Part shown: positions 9,995 to 20,202 of the stretch, in pieces
Position numbering within the stretch: position 1 is the first letter of the stretch
Layout: every line of letters starts with the position of its first letter
Source: Syntrophales bacterium
GTDB lineage: Bacteria; Desulfobacterota; Syntrophia; Syntrophales; UBA2210
Reading direction: 5' to 3'
Length of the DNA: 64,000 bases
NCBI GenBank assembly: GCA_963662405.2
Contig: CAXXKT010000001.1
Location: 576,001-640,000 of the forward strand
Notes under the pieces: generated by a model
Seen by the model: the letters and a program-made list of their open reading frames with translations, nothing else
What the model was told of the DNA's origin: nothing
The model's database searches: none
Position numbers and translations under genes: made by a program

Positions 9995-12232
9995 CTATCT
10001 TCCTTCAATGATTGATTTATATCGTGTGGTGCCCCGGATATCGTCGAGATCGGTATCGGTCCGGATACGATCCCAGTCGTCGAATCCCGCATCGACGGCC
10101 CGCTTCAGCCACTCCGCAGATTCCTCACCTCTCCCCTCACGGGCGTGCGTGCGGGCGATGTCATAGGAGACACGGGCCTCAAGGGCCGGCTCCCGGCGCA
10201 TCACCTCCTCGAAACCGGTGATGGCCCCGGCATACTCACCCATGATGTACAGGGCCAGGGCAAGGTTGTAGCGCGCCTTGTGGTTTCCGGAGTCGATCTC
10301 AAGCGACGCCCGGTACTCCGCCACCGCCTCGTCCATCTTTCCCTGTCGGGATAGGGCAAGACCGAGATTATAGCGGGCACTTCCGTCTTCGGGATCTATC
10401 CGGACCGCTTCCCTGAACTGCCGAACGGCACCCGCCAGATTCCCCAGACGGGAGAGAACAACACCGAAGCTCATCCGAAGTCCTATGCTTTCGTGGGCCG
10501 ATTTCAACACTTCGCCGTAACACCGCGACGCCAGGGAGAGATTTCCCACCCTCACCAAGACTCTCGAGAGGTTGGCGCGCGCCTCGGGATTGTCGGGATC
10601 TATCACGAGCGCCTCCGTGTAGCGATCCGCCGCACCTTCGAGCCCCCCCCGGGTCTCAAGAATACCGCCAATATTGTTGAGCGCCATTGCGTTTTGCGGG
10701 TCCAGCCGGAGGACTTGGCGAAAATGCAGGAAGGCACCATCAATATCTCCCTGCTGTAGCAGGATTACGCCCAGATTGTGGTGGGCCTTCGAAATATCGG
10801 GGTTGATGCGCAGCGCCTCACGATATTGTTCCACGGCCTTCGTTGTATCACCCTGTCGTGCGAACGCATTCCCCAGGTTGACATGCCCTTTCGCAAAACG
10901 GGGCACGATGCGTAATACTTCACGATACTGTTCTATGGCCTTTCCTGTATCCCCCTGCTCATGAAGGGCTATCCCCAGATTATTATGCGCAAGGTAATTA
11001 TGGGTTGTCACATCGAGGGCGTGCCGGAAGAGGGAGATGTTGTCCTTCCAATACCCCGCCTGCACCCACGTCACCGCCATCAGAACCGCCAGGACCGACG
11101 AGCCCGCAACGGCAAGCCCACAACGGGGGAGTCGCCAACGGGAAAAAAACGCCGGGATACCCCACGAAATCATCACGAAGATACCGACCAGCGGCAGGTA
11201 CGTGTACCGGTCGGCCATCGACTGGCTCCCCACCTGTACCAGACCGATCACCGGAACCAGCGTCCCCAGGTACCACAACCACCCCACCGCCAGGTACGGA
11301 TGTCTCTTTATCGCCCTGATCACCAGATATGATATGACCACGAGAAGAACGCCGGCCATGAGACCCTGCACGAGGGAAACCGCCCGCGGATACGGATAGA
11401 AAACCGCCAGCTTGTACGGCCAGATCGTCTTCACCAGGTAGCTTATATAGGAAAGCAGGGCATTGGCCGCACGTGCATCCAGGGGAATCGCATCCAGGGA
11501 ACTGACCGCCCCGCCGCCACGCTGGACGAAAAAGGTCACGACGCTCGACGCCCCGGAGAGGAGAAGGAGCGGAATCTTCTCCCACACCAGACGAAACCAC
11601 TGACCCCTGACGCCTTCCCGCCGGAGACGCCCCAGGGGCCATATGTCCAGCAGCAGGAGAACAAAGGGCAGCGTCACCACCATCGGCTTGGACATCAGAC
11701 CCAGGGCAAAAAAGAGTACAACCGGCAGATACCTGCCGATACCCGGACGCCGCGTATACCGGACGTAGGACCACATCGTCAGGAGCCAGAAAAAGGCGCT
11801 CAGGACATCCTTCCGCTCCGCCACCCATGCCACCGACTCCACGTGCAGAGGGTGAAACGCGAAGAGGGCCGCCACAAAGGCGCTGGACCACAGATCACCC
11901 GTCATCATCCGGAAAACCGCAAACAGGAGAAGGGTGTTGAAAATATGAAAAAGCAGACTGGTCAGGTGGTGCGCACCCGGATGCAGACCGAACAGGTGGC
12001 AGTCCGCCATGTGGGAAAGCCACGTCAGGGGATGCCAGTTGTAAGCCTCCGTGGCGGTGAAGGCGCGGGAGATGTTCTCCATAGCAAGCCCCCCTTGCAC
12101 CCACGGATTCTCGGTGACATATTGCGTATCATCATAGTTGATGAAGTCGTGATTCCATACCTGCCCGTACACGGCGAGGATACCGACCACCAGCACGATG
12201 CAGATGTATAGCTCCACCCGACGGGTTCGCAT
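9995..12232 (-). CDS. TMTC-like GT-C glycosyltransferase with TPRs (copy B, 745 aa)
   Basis: Same membrane domain as copy A (NYDD motif), with a longer TPR tail. Confidence 0.85.
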   Translation of the reverse strand: MRTRRVELYICIVLVVGILAVYGQVWNHDFINYDDTQYVTENPWVQGGLAMENISRAFTATEAYNWHPLTWLSHMADCHLFGLHPGAHHLTSLLFHIFNTLLLFAVFRMMTGDLWSSAFVAALFAFHPLHVESVAWVAERKDVLSAFFWLLTMWSYVRYTRRPGIGRYLPVVLFFALGLMSKPMVVTLPFVLLLLDIWPLGRLRREGVRGQWFRLVWEKIPLLLLSGASSVVTFFVQRGGGAVSSLDAIPLDARAANALLSYISYLVKTIWPYKLAVFYPYPRAVSLVQGLMAGVLLVVISYLVIRAIKRHPYLAVGWLWYLGTLVPVIGLVQVGSQSMADRYTYLPLVGIFVMISWGIPAFFSRWRLPRCGLAVAGSSVLAVLMAVTWVQAGYWKDNISLFRHALDVTTHNYLAHNNLGIALHEQGDTGKAIEQYREVLRIVPRFAKGHVNLGNAFARQGDTTKAVEQYREALRINPDISKAHHNLGVILLQQGDIDGAFLHFRQVLRLDPQNAMALNNIGGILETRGGLEGAADRYTEALVIDPDNPEARANLSRVLVRVGNLSLASRCYGEVLKSAHESIGLRMSFGVVLSRLGNLAGAVRQFREAVRIDPEDGSARYNLGLALSRQGKMDEAVAEYRASLEIDSGNHKARYNLALALYIMGEYAGAITGFEEVMRREPALEARVSYDIARTHAREGRGEESAEWLKRAVDAGFDDWDRIRTDTDLDDIRGTTRYKSIIEGR

Positions 12233-12713
12233 GGGCGTCTTTCTAGCGTCCCTCCATCAGTAGTTTATACCCTGCCGTATCCCGGACAACGTCGAGGGCG
12301 CCATCGGTCCGGATACGATCCCAGTCTTTGAATCCCGCATCAACGGCCCGCTTTAACCACGCCACCGATTCCGTTCCCCTCCCCGCACGGGCGTGCGCGC
12401 GGGCAATGTCGTAGGAGGCACGAACCTCCAAGGCCGGCTCCCGGAGCATCACCTCCTCAAAACAAACAATGGCTCCGGTATAATCGCCTTCGACGTACAG
12501 GGCCAGGCCGAGGTTGTAGCGCGCCTTGTGATTCTCGGGGTCGATCTCCAGCGATGCACGGTACTCCGCCGCCGCCTCGTCCATCTTCCCCTGCTTGGAG
12601 AGGGCCAAACCGAGGTTGTAGCGCGCACTTCCGTCTTCGGGATTTATCCGGACCGCCTCGCGGAACTGCCGGACCGCCCCCTCCTGATCCCCTAAACGGG
12701 AAAGAACAACACC
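11003..12713. repeat. 1711-bp direct repeat, unit 1 (period 2044 bp)
   Basis: Matches 13047-14757. The only mismatch I saw is 12618 g vs 14662 a. Spans the 5' part of gene B, the 10-bp spacer and the 3' part of gene C. Confidence 0.9.
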
Positions 12714-14276
12714 AAGGGATCCGCGTATTTCACCATTTTCCGGATCTATTCGCAGGGCTGTGGTGTAGTACCGCTTTGCGCCCTCAAGATTGCCTTCCTT
12801 CTTGAGACAGTTCGCCAGCCTGTAATGCGCAGCAGCATGGCCGGGATCGAGCCGCAAGGCTTCACGGTACTGTTCCACGGCCTTCGTTGTATCACCCTGC
12901 CGTGCGAATGCATTCCCCAGGTTGACGAACACCTCCGGGTATGTCGGCCGGATACGCAATGCCTCACGGTACTGGACCGCGGCCTGTTGTGTTTCGCCCC
13001 GCTCATACAGCGCTACTCCGAGATTATTGTGAGCCACGTGGTTATCGGTTGTCACATCGAGGGCGTGCCGGAAGAGGGAGATGTTGTCCTTCCAATACCC
13101 CGCCTGCACCCACGTCACCGCCATCAGAACCGCCAGGACCGACGAGCCCGCAACGGCAAGCCCACAACGGGGGAGTCGCCAACGGGAAAAAAACGCCGGG
13201 ATACCCCACGAAATCATCACGAAGATACCGACCAGCGGCAGGTACGTGTACCGGTCGGCCATCGACTGGCTCCCCACCTGTACCAGACCGATCACCGGAA
13301 CCAGCGTCCCCAGGTACCACAACCACCCCACCGCCAGGTACGGATGTCTCTTTATCGCCCTGATCACCAGATATGATATGACCACGAGAAGAACGCCGGC
13401 CATGAGACCCTGCACGAGGGAAACCGCCCGCGGATACGGATAGAAAACCGCCAGCTTGTACGGCCAGATCGTCTTCACCAGGTAGCTTATATAGGAAAGC
13501 AGGGCATTGGCCGCACGTGCATCCAGGGGAATCGCATCCAGGGAACTGACCGCCCCGCCGCCACGCTGGACGAAAAAGGTCACGACGCTCGACGCCCCGG
13601 AGAGGAGAAGGAGCGGAATCTTCTCCCACACCAGACGAAACCACTGACCCCTGACGCCTTCCCGCCGGAGACGCCCCAGGGGCCATATGTCCAGCAGCAG
13701 GAGAACAAAGGGCAGCGTCACCACCATCGGCTTGGACATCAGACCCAGGGCAAAAAAGAGTACAACCGGCAGATACCTGCCGATACCCGGACGCCGCGTA
13801 TACCGGACGTAGGACCACATCGTCAGGAGCCAGAAAAAGGCGCTCAGGACATCCTTCCGCTCCGCCACCCATGCCACCGACTCCACGTGCAGAGGGTGAA
13901 ACGCGAAGAGGGCCGCCACAAAGGCGCTGGACCACAGATCACCCGTCATCATCCGGAAAACCGCAAACAGGAGAAGGGTGTTGAAAATATGAAAAAGCAG
14001 ACTGGTCAGGTGGTGCGCACCCGGATGCAGACCGAACAGGTGGCAGTCCGCCATGTGGGAAAGCCACGTCAGGGGATGCCAGTTGTAAGCCTCCGTGGCG
14101 GTGAAGGCGCGGGAGATGTTCTCCATAGCAAGCCCCCCTTGCACCCACGGATTCTCGGTGACATATTGCGTATCATCATAGTTGATGAAGTCGTGATTCC
14201 ATACCTGCCCGTACACGGCGAGGATACCGACCACCAGCACGATGCAGATGTATAGCTCCACCCGACGGGTTCGCAT
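12243..14276 (-). CDS. TMTC-like GT-C glycosyltransferase with TPRs (copy C, 677 aa, mosaic)
   Basis: N-terminal ~410 aa are identical to copy B; the C-terminal ~156 aa are identical to gene D. Confidence 0.85.
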   Translation of the reverse strand: MRTRRVELYICIVLVVGILAVYGQVWNHDFINYDDTQYVTENPWVQGGLAMENISRAFTATEAYNWHPLTWLSHMADCHLFGLHPGAHHLTSLLFHIFNTLLLFAVFRMMTGDLWSSAFVAALFAFHPLHVESVAWVAERKDVLSAFFWLLTMWSYVRYTRRPGIGRYLPVVLFFALGLMSKPMVVTLPFVLLLLDIWPLGRLRREGVRGQWFRLVWEKIPLLLLSGASSVVTFFVQRGGGAVSSLDAIPLDARAANALLSYISYLVKTIWPYKLAVFYPYPRAVSLVQGLMAGVLLVVISYLVIRAIKRHPYLAVGWLWYLGTLVPVIGLVQVGSQSMADRYTYLPLVGIFVMISWGIPAFFSRWRLPRCGLAVAGSSVLAVLMAVTWVQAGYWKDNISLFRHALDVTTDNHVAHNNLGVALYERGETQQAAVQYREALRIRPTYPEVFVNLGNAFARQGDTTKAVEQYREALRLDPGHAAAHYRLANCLKKEGNLEGAKRYYTTALRIDPENGEIRGSLGVVLSRLGDQEGAVRQFREAVRINPEDGSARYNLGLALSKQGKMDEAAAEYRASLEIDPENHKARYNLGLALYVEGDYTGAIVCFEEVMLREPALEVRASYDIARAHARAGRGTESVAWLKRAVDAGFKDWDRIRTDGALDVVRDTAGYKLLMEGR

Positions 14277-14757
14277 GGGCGTCTTTCTAGCGTCCCTCCA
14301 TCAGTAGTTTATACCCTGCCGTATCCCGGACAACGTCGAGGGCGCCATCGGTCCGGATACGATCCCAGTCTTTGAATCCCGCATCAACGGCCCGCTTTAA
14401 CCACGCCACCGATTCCGTTCCCCTCCCCGCACGGGCGTGCGCGCGGGCAATGTCGTAGGAGGCACGAACCTCCAAGGCCGGCTCCCGGAGCATCACCTCC
14501 TCAAAACAAACAATGGCTCCGGTATAATCGCCTTCGACGTACAGGGCCAGGCCGAGGTTGTAGCGCGCCTTGTGATTCTCGGGGTCGATCTCCAGCGATG
14601 CACGGTACTCCGCCGCCGCCTCGTCCATCTTCCCCTGCTTGGAGAGGGCCAAACCGAGGTTATAGCGCGCACTTCCGTCTTCGGGATTTATCCGGACCGC
14701 CTCGCGGAACTGCCGGACCGCCCCCTCCTGATCCCCTAAACGGGAAAGAACAACACC
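13047..14757. repeat. 1711-bp direct repeat, unit 2
   Basis: Matches 11003-12713. Spans the 5' part of gene C and the 3' part of gene D. Confidence 0.9.
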
Positions 14758-16815
14758 GAAGTCCATGTGAAGTTCCGTATCTCCGGGGACCGATTTCAGT
14801 ACTGTACCGTAACAGCGCGACGCCAAGGCGGGATCGCGCGCCTTTCCCATAACCCTCGACAGGTTCGTGCGCGCCTCGGGATTGCCGGGGTTTATCACAA
14901 GCGCCTCCGTATAGCGAATCGCCGCGCTTTCAAGATCCCCCCTCATCTCAAGGATACCTCCGAGGTTGTTGCGGGCCTCATCATTTTCAGGATCCAGCCG
15001 AACCGCCTTGCTGAGATATGCGAAGGCGCGATCCGTATCCCCCCGTTGGAGGAGAGCGATCCCCAGCATGTTGTGGGCATTCGCGTTTTGAGGATCTGCC
15101 CGAAGCACCTCACGGTAGTACGACAGCACTTTTTCAGGATTACCCTGTTTTGTGAGAAGATTCGCCAAGCCGGTACGCGAAGGCGTATAGCGGGGATCGA
15201 TCCGCAACGCCTCCCGGTAGGCGGAAATTGCCTTCCGTATCTCTCCCTGCTTTTCGTACACAACTCCCCTGTTATGGTGTACCTTAGCACTGTCCGGGTT
15301 GGAGCGCAGTATGTGGGTATAGATCCGCATGGCCTCATCGTAGCGTCCTCGGGCGCCCAAGGCGTTTCCCAGATTGAGGGCCGCCCGGGGATTCCGAGGG
15401 GCCTTCTTCAGGACATCGGTCCACAGGGTCAGATCATCCTGCCACACCCGATTCCTCAGGTAGGTCGCCGTCCCCAGGGCAGCAACAATGAATACACAGA
15501 TAAAAACGGCGAGGGCGCGCCGCTTCGGGAAAAAGCGGAAGGGAAGCCAGGCGACGAAAAGCGCGAAGCCGAAGAGGGGGAGGTACATCCGGTGCTCGAA
15601 CAGGGCGTCGCTGATGGGGATAATACTCGACTCCACGGAAAGGGTCACAAAAAACCAGAAGAGGGCGAAGGTGAAAAGGGGCGTGGCTTTGCGCTTCCAC
15701 AACGCGAGGACCGCAAGCCCGGCCAAAAAGGCGAAGGCGAGGGGAGTGAGCCCATCGCAGAACCCTGTTTTGAAGGGATAGTAATAATCCAGGTTCTGCC
15801 CCACGGGAAAGATCATCAGACGCAAATAGATCACCAGAACGGTGAACTGGGTGAACAGGTAGCTCCATCGGCTCACCAGCTCCGTCTCCCGCGAAAGACG
15901 GGAGATGTCTTCCAGCATGTCTCCGATCCCTCCCCCGAACAGACCCACGGCGTAGAGGACAAATGCCACGAAGAGGCCGCAGACCGGTATCACCCACAGG
16001 AGCCTTTTCCCCCACTCTCTCCTGGTACCTCCGAAACAGATTACTTCGACCAGGATGACGGCGAGGGGGAGACTGGCCGCGCTCTGCTTGCTCAGAAAAG
16101 CCAGGGTACTGAAGATAAAGGTGAGGGCGAAGAAGAGTGAGGAGTAAGGAGTGAGGGGTGAGGAGTTGGAATCTCTGGATAAAGTTCTCCCCTTAATATA
16201 GAAGAGGACCGCCCCCAGGTAGAAAAAAGCCGCCAGAGAGGTGTAGCGTTGCGCGATATAGGTGACCGCCTGGGTCTGAAGCGGGTGAGCAACAAAAATG
16301 AGGGCCGCGAAGAGGGCTATGAGGTGCATGGGAAGAGATACCGGATCACCTGCCCCGGCCTTTCCTTCACCGATTTCCGTGGAGCCTGGGGGGAAAGCCG
16401 GCCCTTGCCCCGCGGGAACTCTGGCCTGCGGGAACTTCTGTAATCGTGTTCCACCCGGCACAACAGTGAGCCGGCCCAACAAAGCCAATGACAGAAAGTA
16501 GACCATGAAACCGTTCGCGCTGTGGATCAGGATATTGACCACGTGATACCCAAAGACGTCGAGTTCCCCGAGCCGGTAATTGAGGGCGAAGGTGAAATTG
16601 GCAACCGCCCGCGGGCCCAGAAACTTCTTCGGAGAGGAAAAGTTGGCAAGATCCCTGATCTGCATGTTCTCTTGAATAGTGTGCGAGTCGTCAAGTGCGA
16701 AGGGGACATGCAGGCTGTTGCTGTAGACCGCGAAGGAAACGGAGGCGATGATGATCAGGAAGAGAGGGGACAAGCCCTTCCCTTTTACATTAAAAGATTT
16801 CATATCCACACCCAT
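14287..16815 (-). CDS. TMTC-like GT-C glycosyltransferase with TPRs (gene D, 842 aa, distinct membrane domain)
   Basis: FALDD, HPLQTQAVTYIAQR and FEHRMYLP motifs, a Pro/Gly-rich loop insertion and a long TPR tail. Confidence 0.85.
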   Translation of the reverse strand: MGVDMKSFNVKGKGLSPLFLIIIASVSFAVYSNSLHVPFALDDSHTIQENMQIRDLANFSSPKKFLGPRAVANFTFALNYRLGELDVFGYHVVNILIHSANGFMVYFLSLALLGRLTVVPGGTRLQKFPQARVPAGQGPAFPPGSTEIGEGKAGAGDPVSLPMHLIALFAALIFVAHPLQTQAVTYIAQRYTSLAAFFYLGAVLFYIKGRTLSRDSNSSPLTPYSSLFFALTFIFSTLAFLSKQSAASLPLAVILVEVICFGGTRREWGKRLLWVIPVCGLFVAFVLYAVGLFGGGIGDMLEDISRLSRETELVSRWSYLFTQFTVLVIYLRLMIFPVGQNLDYYYPFKTGFCDGLTPLAFAFLAGLAVLALWKRKATPLFTFALFWFFVTLSVESSIIPISDALFEHRMYLPLFGFALFVAWLPFRFFPKRRALAVFICVFIVAALGTATYLRNRVWQDDLTLWTDVLKKAPRNPRAALNLGNALGARGRYDEAMRIYTHILRSNPDSAKVHHNRGVVYEKQGEIRKAISAYREALRIDPRYTPSRTGLANLLTKQGNPEKVLSYYREVLRADPQNANAHNMLGIALLQRGDTDRAFAYLSKAVRLDPENDEARNNLGGILEMRGDLESAAIRYTEALVINPGNPEARTNLSRVMGKARDPALASRCYGTVLKSVPGDTELHMDFGVVLSRLGDQEGAVRQFREAVRINPEDGSARYNLGLALSKQGKMDEAAAEYRASLEIDPENHKARYNLGLALYVEGDYTGAIVCFEEVMLREPALEVRASYDIARAHARAGRGTESVAWLKRAVDAGFKDWDRIRTDGALDVVRDTAGYKLLMEGR

Positions 16816-16893
16816 TCATCATCCTCGACATTTCCGGATCATCGACGAAATCCCGAGGCCCTTGTTCGACCTTTATGCCGTGCGCCCTCAGGG

Positions 16894-17949
16894 CTATAGC
16901 AATCCTCCCGCCTTTGCCTTTTTGATGACGATCATGGAATAGGCGATCTGAAAAAAGAGGTAGGGAATAAAAATCAACACCCTTTTATCCCCATAGATAT
17001 GCACCATCCAACAGGCGCCGAGTCCTTGGATAATACCGACGATAAAGTAAAATACGCTGACCTGCGTATGACTATATCCCAGTCCCACACACAACTGGTA
17101 CAGATGGGTTCGATGTGCGCGCAAGACATTTTCTCTGCGCAGAAAACGCCTGAAAAACGTAAAAACCGTGTCATAAATAAAGTGAAACAACAGGAGGGGC
17201 ATGACAAAGAATGAGGTATGAGAGTGATCATAGAGGGCAGCGATGATGGCCAAAGTGGCAAAGACAAATCCTAAAAACGTGCTCCCGACATCGCCCATGA
17301 AGAGGCTCGCTCTCGGGAAATTGAAGACAAGAAAACCCAGAGCGCCGGCGACGATTACATAACTCAAGATATAGGCGAAGTTGCTTCCCTGCGTCAAGCT
17401 GATGATACCGAAAAATCCCCCGGCGATGACCGCCGTACCCGCGGCAAGCCCGTTGATTCCGTCCATAAAATTATAGGCATTGGTCAATCCGATAATCCAT
17501 AAAAAGGTGATTGCATACTTTGAAAGCCCTAAATACGCCATCCCATCCAGCGGGACGTGAAACTCCGATATCACTACCCCGAAAGCCATAACACAGGTGG
17601 TTGCAATCGCCTGAATACCGAAACGAAAGAAAAGCGAATTTCCTTTGAGATCATCATGGAAAGAAATAATCGAGACCATCAGGGCTGAGGAGACAAAACC
17701 GGCGAAATACAGCTCTCGAATCATGGTGACATCGGCAAGCAGGTATACAGCGAGTATGCCGACAAGAAAGGTCCCCACGATGGCAATTCCGCCGGCCTTG
17801 GGAACCGGAACCGAATGGGAAGAGCGGTCATTCGGGATATCCATAATACGCCATCGGGTGATCAGAGACTTGCATATCCCGTACGAGAGCAGGAACAGGA
17901 AGGCGCCAAAACAAAGATGTATGAGAAAAAAAGAGATCTTCATTATCAC
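16894..17949 (-). CDS. MraY/WecA-family polyprenyl-phosphate HexNAc-1-phosphate transferase (WbpL-like)
   Basis: DIPNDRSSH..P.PKAGG, NAYNFMDGINGLA, FMGDVGS and AHRTHLYQ motifs. Confidence 0.9.
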   Translation of the reverse strand: MIMKISFFLIHLCFGAFLFLLSYGICKSLITRWRIMDIPNDRSSHSVPVPKAGGIAIVGTFLVGILAVYLLADVTMIRELYFAGFVSSALMVSIISFHDDLKGNSLFFRFGIQAIATTCVMAFGVVISEFHVPLDGMAYLGLSKYAITFLWIIGLTNAYNFMDGINGLAAGTAVIAGGFFGIISLTQGSNFAYILSYVIVAGALGFLVFNFPRASLFMGDVGSTFLGFVFATLAIIAALYDHSHTSFFVMPLLLFHFIYDTVFTFFRRFLRRENVLRAHRTHLYQLCVGLGYSHTQVSVFYFIVGIIQGLGACWMVHIYGDKRVLIFIPYLFFQIAYSMIVIKKAKAGGLL

Positions 17950-18112
17950 GTATATTCACAAGTTTTGTCGGAACACCCAACAAGAGAGATGCCAGCCGGT
18001 CATCGAACATCCCGGCTGTGCTTTTTTAGAAGAACACGGCCGTGAACGAAGGCTTCTCGCCACCTCCGGGACAGCGGTCTCCTTTTTATCACGAACATCC
18101 AACGATGAACAT

Positions 18113-18137
18113 AAAAAAAGAGGCCTCGATCGGCCTC
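18113..18137 (-). terminator. Intrinsic terminator downstream of the dehydratase gene
   Basis: Minus strand reads GAGGCC-GATCGA-GGCCTC followed by a T run. Confidence 0.55.
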
Positions 18138-18327
18138 CCCATGAGGGGCGAAGCCTTCTTTCTCCCACACCCGTTTCCGACCCGAGGGCCAGCCCGCGGA
18201 TCCGGGAGCGAGGAAATCCGCCCGTGGTTCCACATACGGCCCTCAGCCGTTGGATGATGCGATGAAGGAAACCTCCGGTCCTGAAGTTTTACCCCTGCGA
18301 CATATGCCACCGTGTAAAAGAGGCGTC

Positions 18328-20202
18328 TTACGTTTTCTGGGGGCTGTATTCCGGAACAATTTTTTTGAGCCGCTTCTTTATCAGATCTACATGGAATGTC
18401 TTCGTCACACTGAGCAACTCGTCTATGAGACGATCGATTTCGACACTGTTGAATGGATTTTCCTTCAAGACCCGTATTTTCTGATGCTCAGTCGAGACAA
18501 TCCCCTCGTCCTCGGTTATCAGTTCTTCATATAATTTTTCGCCGGGTCTGAGACCGACGAATTCTATGGGGATATCCCGGTCCGGCTCCAGTCCGTAGAG
18601 GCGAATCAGATCACGGGCCATATCGGCGATCCTGATCTGCGCGCCCATTTCCAGCATGAATATCTCCCCGCCCTGACCCATGGCGCCCGCCTGGAGAATC
18701 AACTGCGCCGCTTCGGGGATACTCATGAAATAACGTGTTACCTCGGGATGTGTCACCGTCACCGGCATTCCGTTTTTAATCTGCTCTTCGAAAATCGGGA
18801 TCACTGAACCGGAACTGCCCAAGACATTTCCGAATCTCACGGACATAAATCTCCCGGGCGCCGCGCTGTTCATGCATCCCACGAGCATTTCAGCCACCCG
18901 CTTCGTCGCTCCCATGATATTGGTCGGCCGAACGGCTTTATCGGTCGATACCAGCACAAAACGCGACACACCGCCTCGTGCCGCGATATTGGCCAGGTTC
19001 CTCGTCCCCTCTACGTTATTGCCTACGGCCTCCCACGGGTTCAGCTCCTGTAGAGGCACATGTTTATAGGCCGCCGCGTGCAAGACCACATCGGGCTTAA
19101 AAATTTGGAACACCCGTTCCAGATCCTCCCTGTTCCTGATATCGACCAGGAATGCTTCGATCGGGATATGCTTGAAATACTGCTGGCTGTTCATTTCAAC
19201 CCGGAAGAGATTATATTCGGAAAAGTCGAGCAATGCCAGCGCACTCGGATTGTATGCGCCCACCTGTCGTACCAACTCACTACCGATCGACCCCCCGGCC
19301 CCCGTCACCAGTATTCGTTTATCGGCATAATTTTCTTTCAGAAGTTGGGTATCCAGTTCAACTTCTTCTCTACCGAGAAGGTCCTGATACCGCACATTCC
19401 GCACAGCCTTGATAGAGACCTGACCACCGATGAACTCGCTCATATTCGGCATGGTCCGAAAACGTCTTCCTGTTTGTTCACACACCCCGACGATCCGCCT
19501 CATATCCTGCGCCTTCAACGATGAGATGGCAATGATGATTTCGTCATAATCCCCCTTGTAACCGGGAAGATCTTCGATGCTCCCTTCGACGGTCACTCCC
19601 TGGATCGACCGTCCCTGCTTGTAGTAGTCATCGTCAAACAGAGCCACCGGCCGCACTCCCAAAGAATAATTGTCGCTCATCTCACGCAGAATGATCTCTC
19701 CCATCTTTCCGGCACCGATTACGGCGACCCGTCGTCTGGTATCCTCTCCCTTCCGAAACATTCCGTCAAGGGACAGCGACCCATGACGGGCCAGCAGCAG
19801 GCGAGTACTGAAACGGCTTGTGATGATGAATACCAAGACAAGCACATAATCGATAATGTAGACCGACCGCGAAAAGCCTTCAAACCGAAAAAGAAATACG
19901 ACAACAAATATCAGCAGAAGGGAAGACAAGCTGACCGCCGCACCAATGTTCTTTAAATCGCTGAAGCCGGTATACCGCCAGATATGATGATACACGCCGA
20001 AGAGATACAAAGTGAAAATTTTAACCGGCAGCATCACAAAGAGCGTTTGCATGAATATATCGGCGAACCGGGGAGGAATCGCCCCCTCGAACCGCAGAAG
20101 GAAGGCCATCCCATAGGCACATACAAGGAGAAGGGCATCAATCACTATTTTGATAATAATGTTTCGGTACTTCTTGAAAGACGAACGGGAGGGCATCTTC
20201 AC
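18328..20202 (-). CDS. PglF/WbpM/CapD-like membrane-bound UDP-GlcNAc 4,6-dehydratase
   Basis: Four N-terminal TM helices; TGAGGSIGSEL, HAAAYKHVP, STDKAV, RFGNVLGSSGSV and RPGEKLYEEL motifs. Confidence 0.92.
   Translation of the reverse strand: MKMPSRSSFKKYRNIIIKIVIDALLLVCAYGMAFLLRFEGAIPPRFADIFMQTLFVMLPVKIFTLYLFGVYHHIWRYTGFSDLKNIGAAVSLSSLLLIFVVVFLFRFEGFSRSVYIIDYVLVLVFIITSRFSTRLLLARHGSLSLDGMFRKGEDTRRRVAVIGAGKMGEIILREMSDNYSLGVRPVALFDDDYYKQGRSIQGVTVEGSIEDLPGYKGDYDEIIIAISSLKAQDMRRIVGVCEQTGRRFRTMPNMSEFIGGQVSIKAVRNVRYQDLLGREEVELDTQLLKENYADKRILVTGAGGSIGSELVRQVGAYNPSALALLDFSEYNLFRVEMNSQQYFKHIPIEAFLVDIRNREDLERVFQIFKPDVVLHAAAYKHVPLQELNPWEAVGNNVEGTRNLANIAARGGVSRFVLVSTDKAVRPTNIMGATKRVAEMLVGCMNSAAPGRFMSVRFGNVLGSSGSVIPIFEEQIKNGMPVTVTHPEVTRYFMSIPEAAQLILQAGAMGQGGEIFMLEMGAQIRIADMARDLIRLYGLEPDRDIPIEFVGLRPGEKLYEELITEDEGIVSTEHQKIRVLKENPFNSVEIDRLIDELLSVTKTFHVDLIKKRLKKIVPEYSPQKT

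Noticed and set aside
1202..13935. Repeated 297-aa and other alternative-frame ORFs (1202-2095, 10998-11891, 13042-13935)
   Set aside because: Shadow frames of the duplicated GT-C DNA; they recur only because the DNA is repeated.
505..16815. Diversity-generating retroelement or invertase shufflon as the cause of the repeats
   Set aside because: No reverse transcriptase or site-specific recombinase in the window. The repeats are direct, kb-scale and coding, with no adenine-specific mismatch pattern.
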